DNA of 64,000 nucleotides from an uncultured Actinomycetota bacterium (GTDB lineage Bacteria; Actinomycetota; Actinomycetes; Propionibacteriales; Nocardioidaceae): NCBI GenBank assembly GCA_963794355.1, contig CAWCDN010000010.1, positions 27,819 to 91,818 of the forward strand, read 5' to 3'. Shown piece by piece: positions 63,904 to 64,000 of this stretch (position 1 is its first letter; each line of letters starts with the position of its first letter). The notes under the pieces were generated by a model. It saw only the letters and a program-made list of their open reading frames with translations, ran no database searches and was not told where the DNA came from. The position numbers and the translations under genes were made by a program.

Positions 63904-64000
63904 GCGCGCGTCGCCAGGACCTCGAGCCAGCCCTCGCCCCGCGAGCCGGAGTGACGGCCCAGGTGCTCGACCGACCAGCCAGCCGTGGCCAGGGCGTCCC
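63900..64000 (-). CDS. C-terminal end of a CDS entering from the window end (possibly a methyltransferase)
   Basis: DALATAGWSVEHLGRHSGSRGEGWLEVLATRA*; TGA overlaps DUF3046 GTG. Confidence 0.5.
   Translation of the reverse strand, partial: DALATAGWSVEHLGRHSGSRGEGWLEVLATRA

Overview
High-GC actinobacterial chromosome, Nocardioidaceae-like by gene content and order (inference). Most of the window is conserved backbone: alaS, rarA, an opp ABC operon, aspS, hisS, relA, apt, secFD-yajC, ruvBAC, yebC, pdxTS, pgsA and thrS; then tRNA-Gly/Cys/Val, glyA, a sir-cysH-sirB sulfur operon, ppk2 and recX-recA. No CRISPR array or rRNA was seen. The main accessory region is about 34.7-42.4 kb, between a DUF4012 gene and the 3' end of tRNA-Val(CAC), and it has no integrase. 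It contains single-gene modules (RTX Ca-binding protein, small membrane ORF, lipoprotein, secreted protein). These are separated by same-orientation copies of a conserved two-arm site, approximately CGCTCATCGGCATGTGAG-N6-CGGACAGCGGCATG. Both IS30 elements in the window sit immediately 5' of the same GGCATGTGAG core of that site. A third site keeps a 17-bp remnant of an IS30 right end. This reads as a cassette array, possibly built by IS30; the repeats are seen directly, the mechanism is inference. The region also holds a gene split by a 357-bp mini-module, a probable phage tail gene remnant and three GGGGAA-loop hairpins. Outside it are a degenerate tandem tRNA-Val copy, a leader peptide before sir, a 28-codon bridging ORF, a small basic peptide coupled to a ceo-like gene, and a HipA-like kinase/DUF3037 pair. 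Several single-base frameshifts may be assembly errors.
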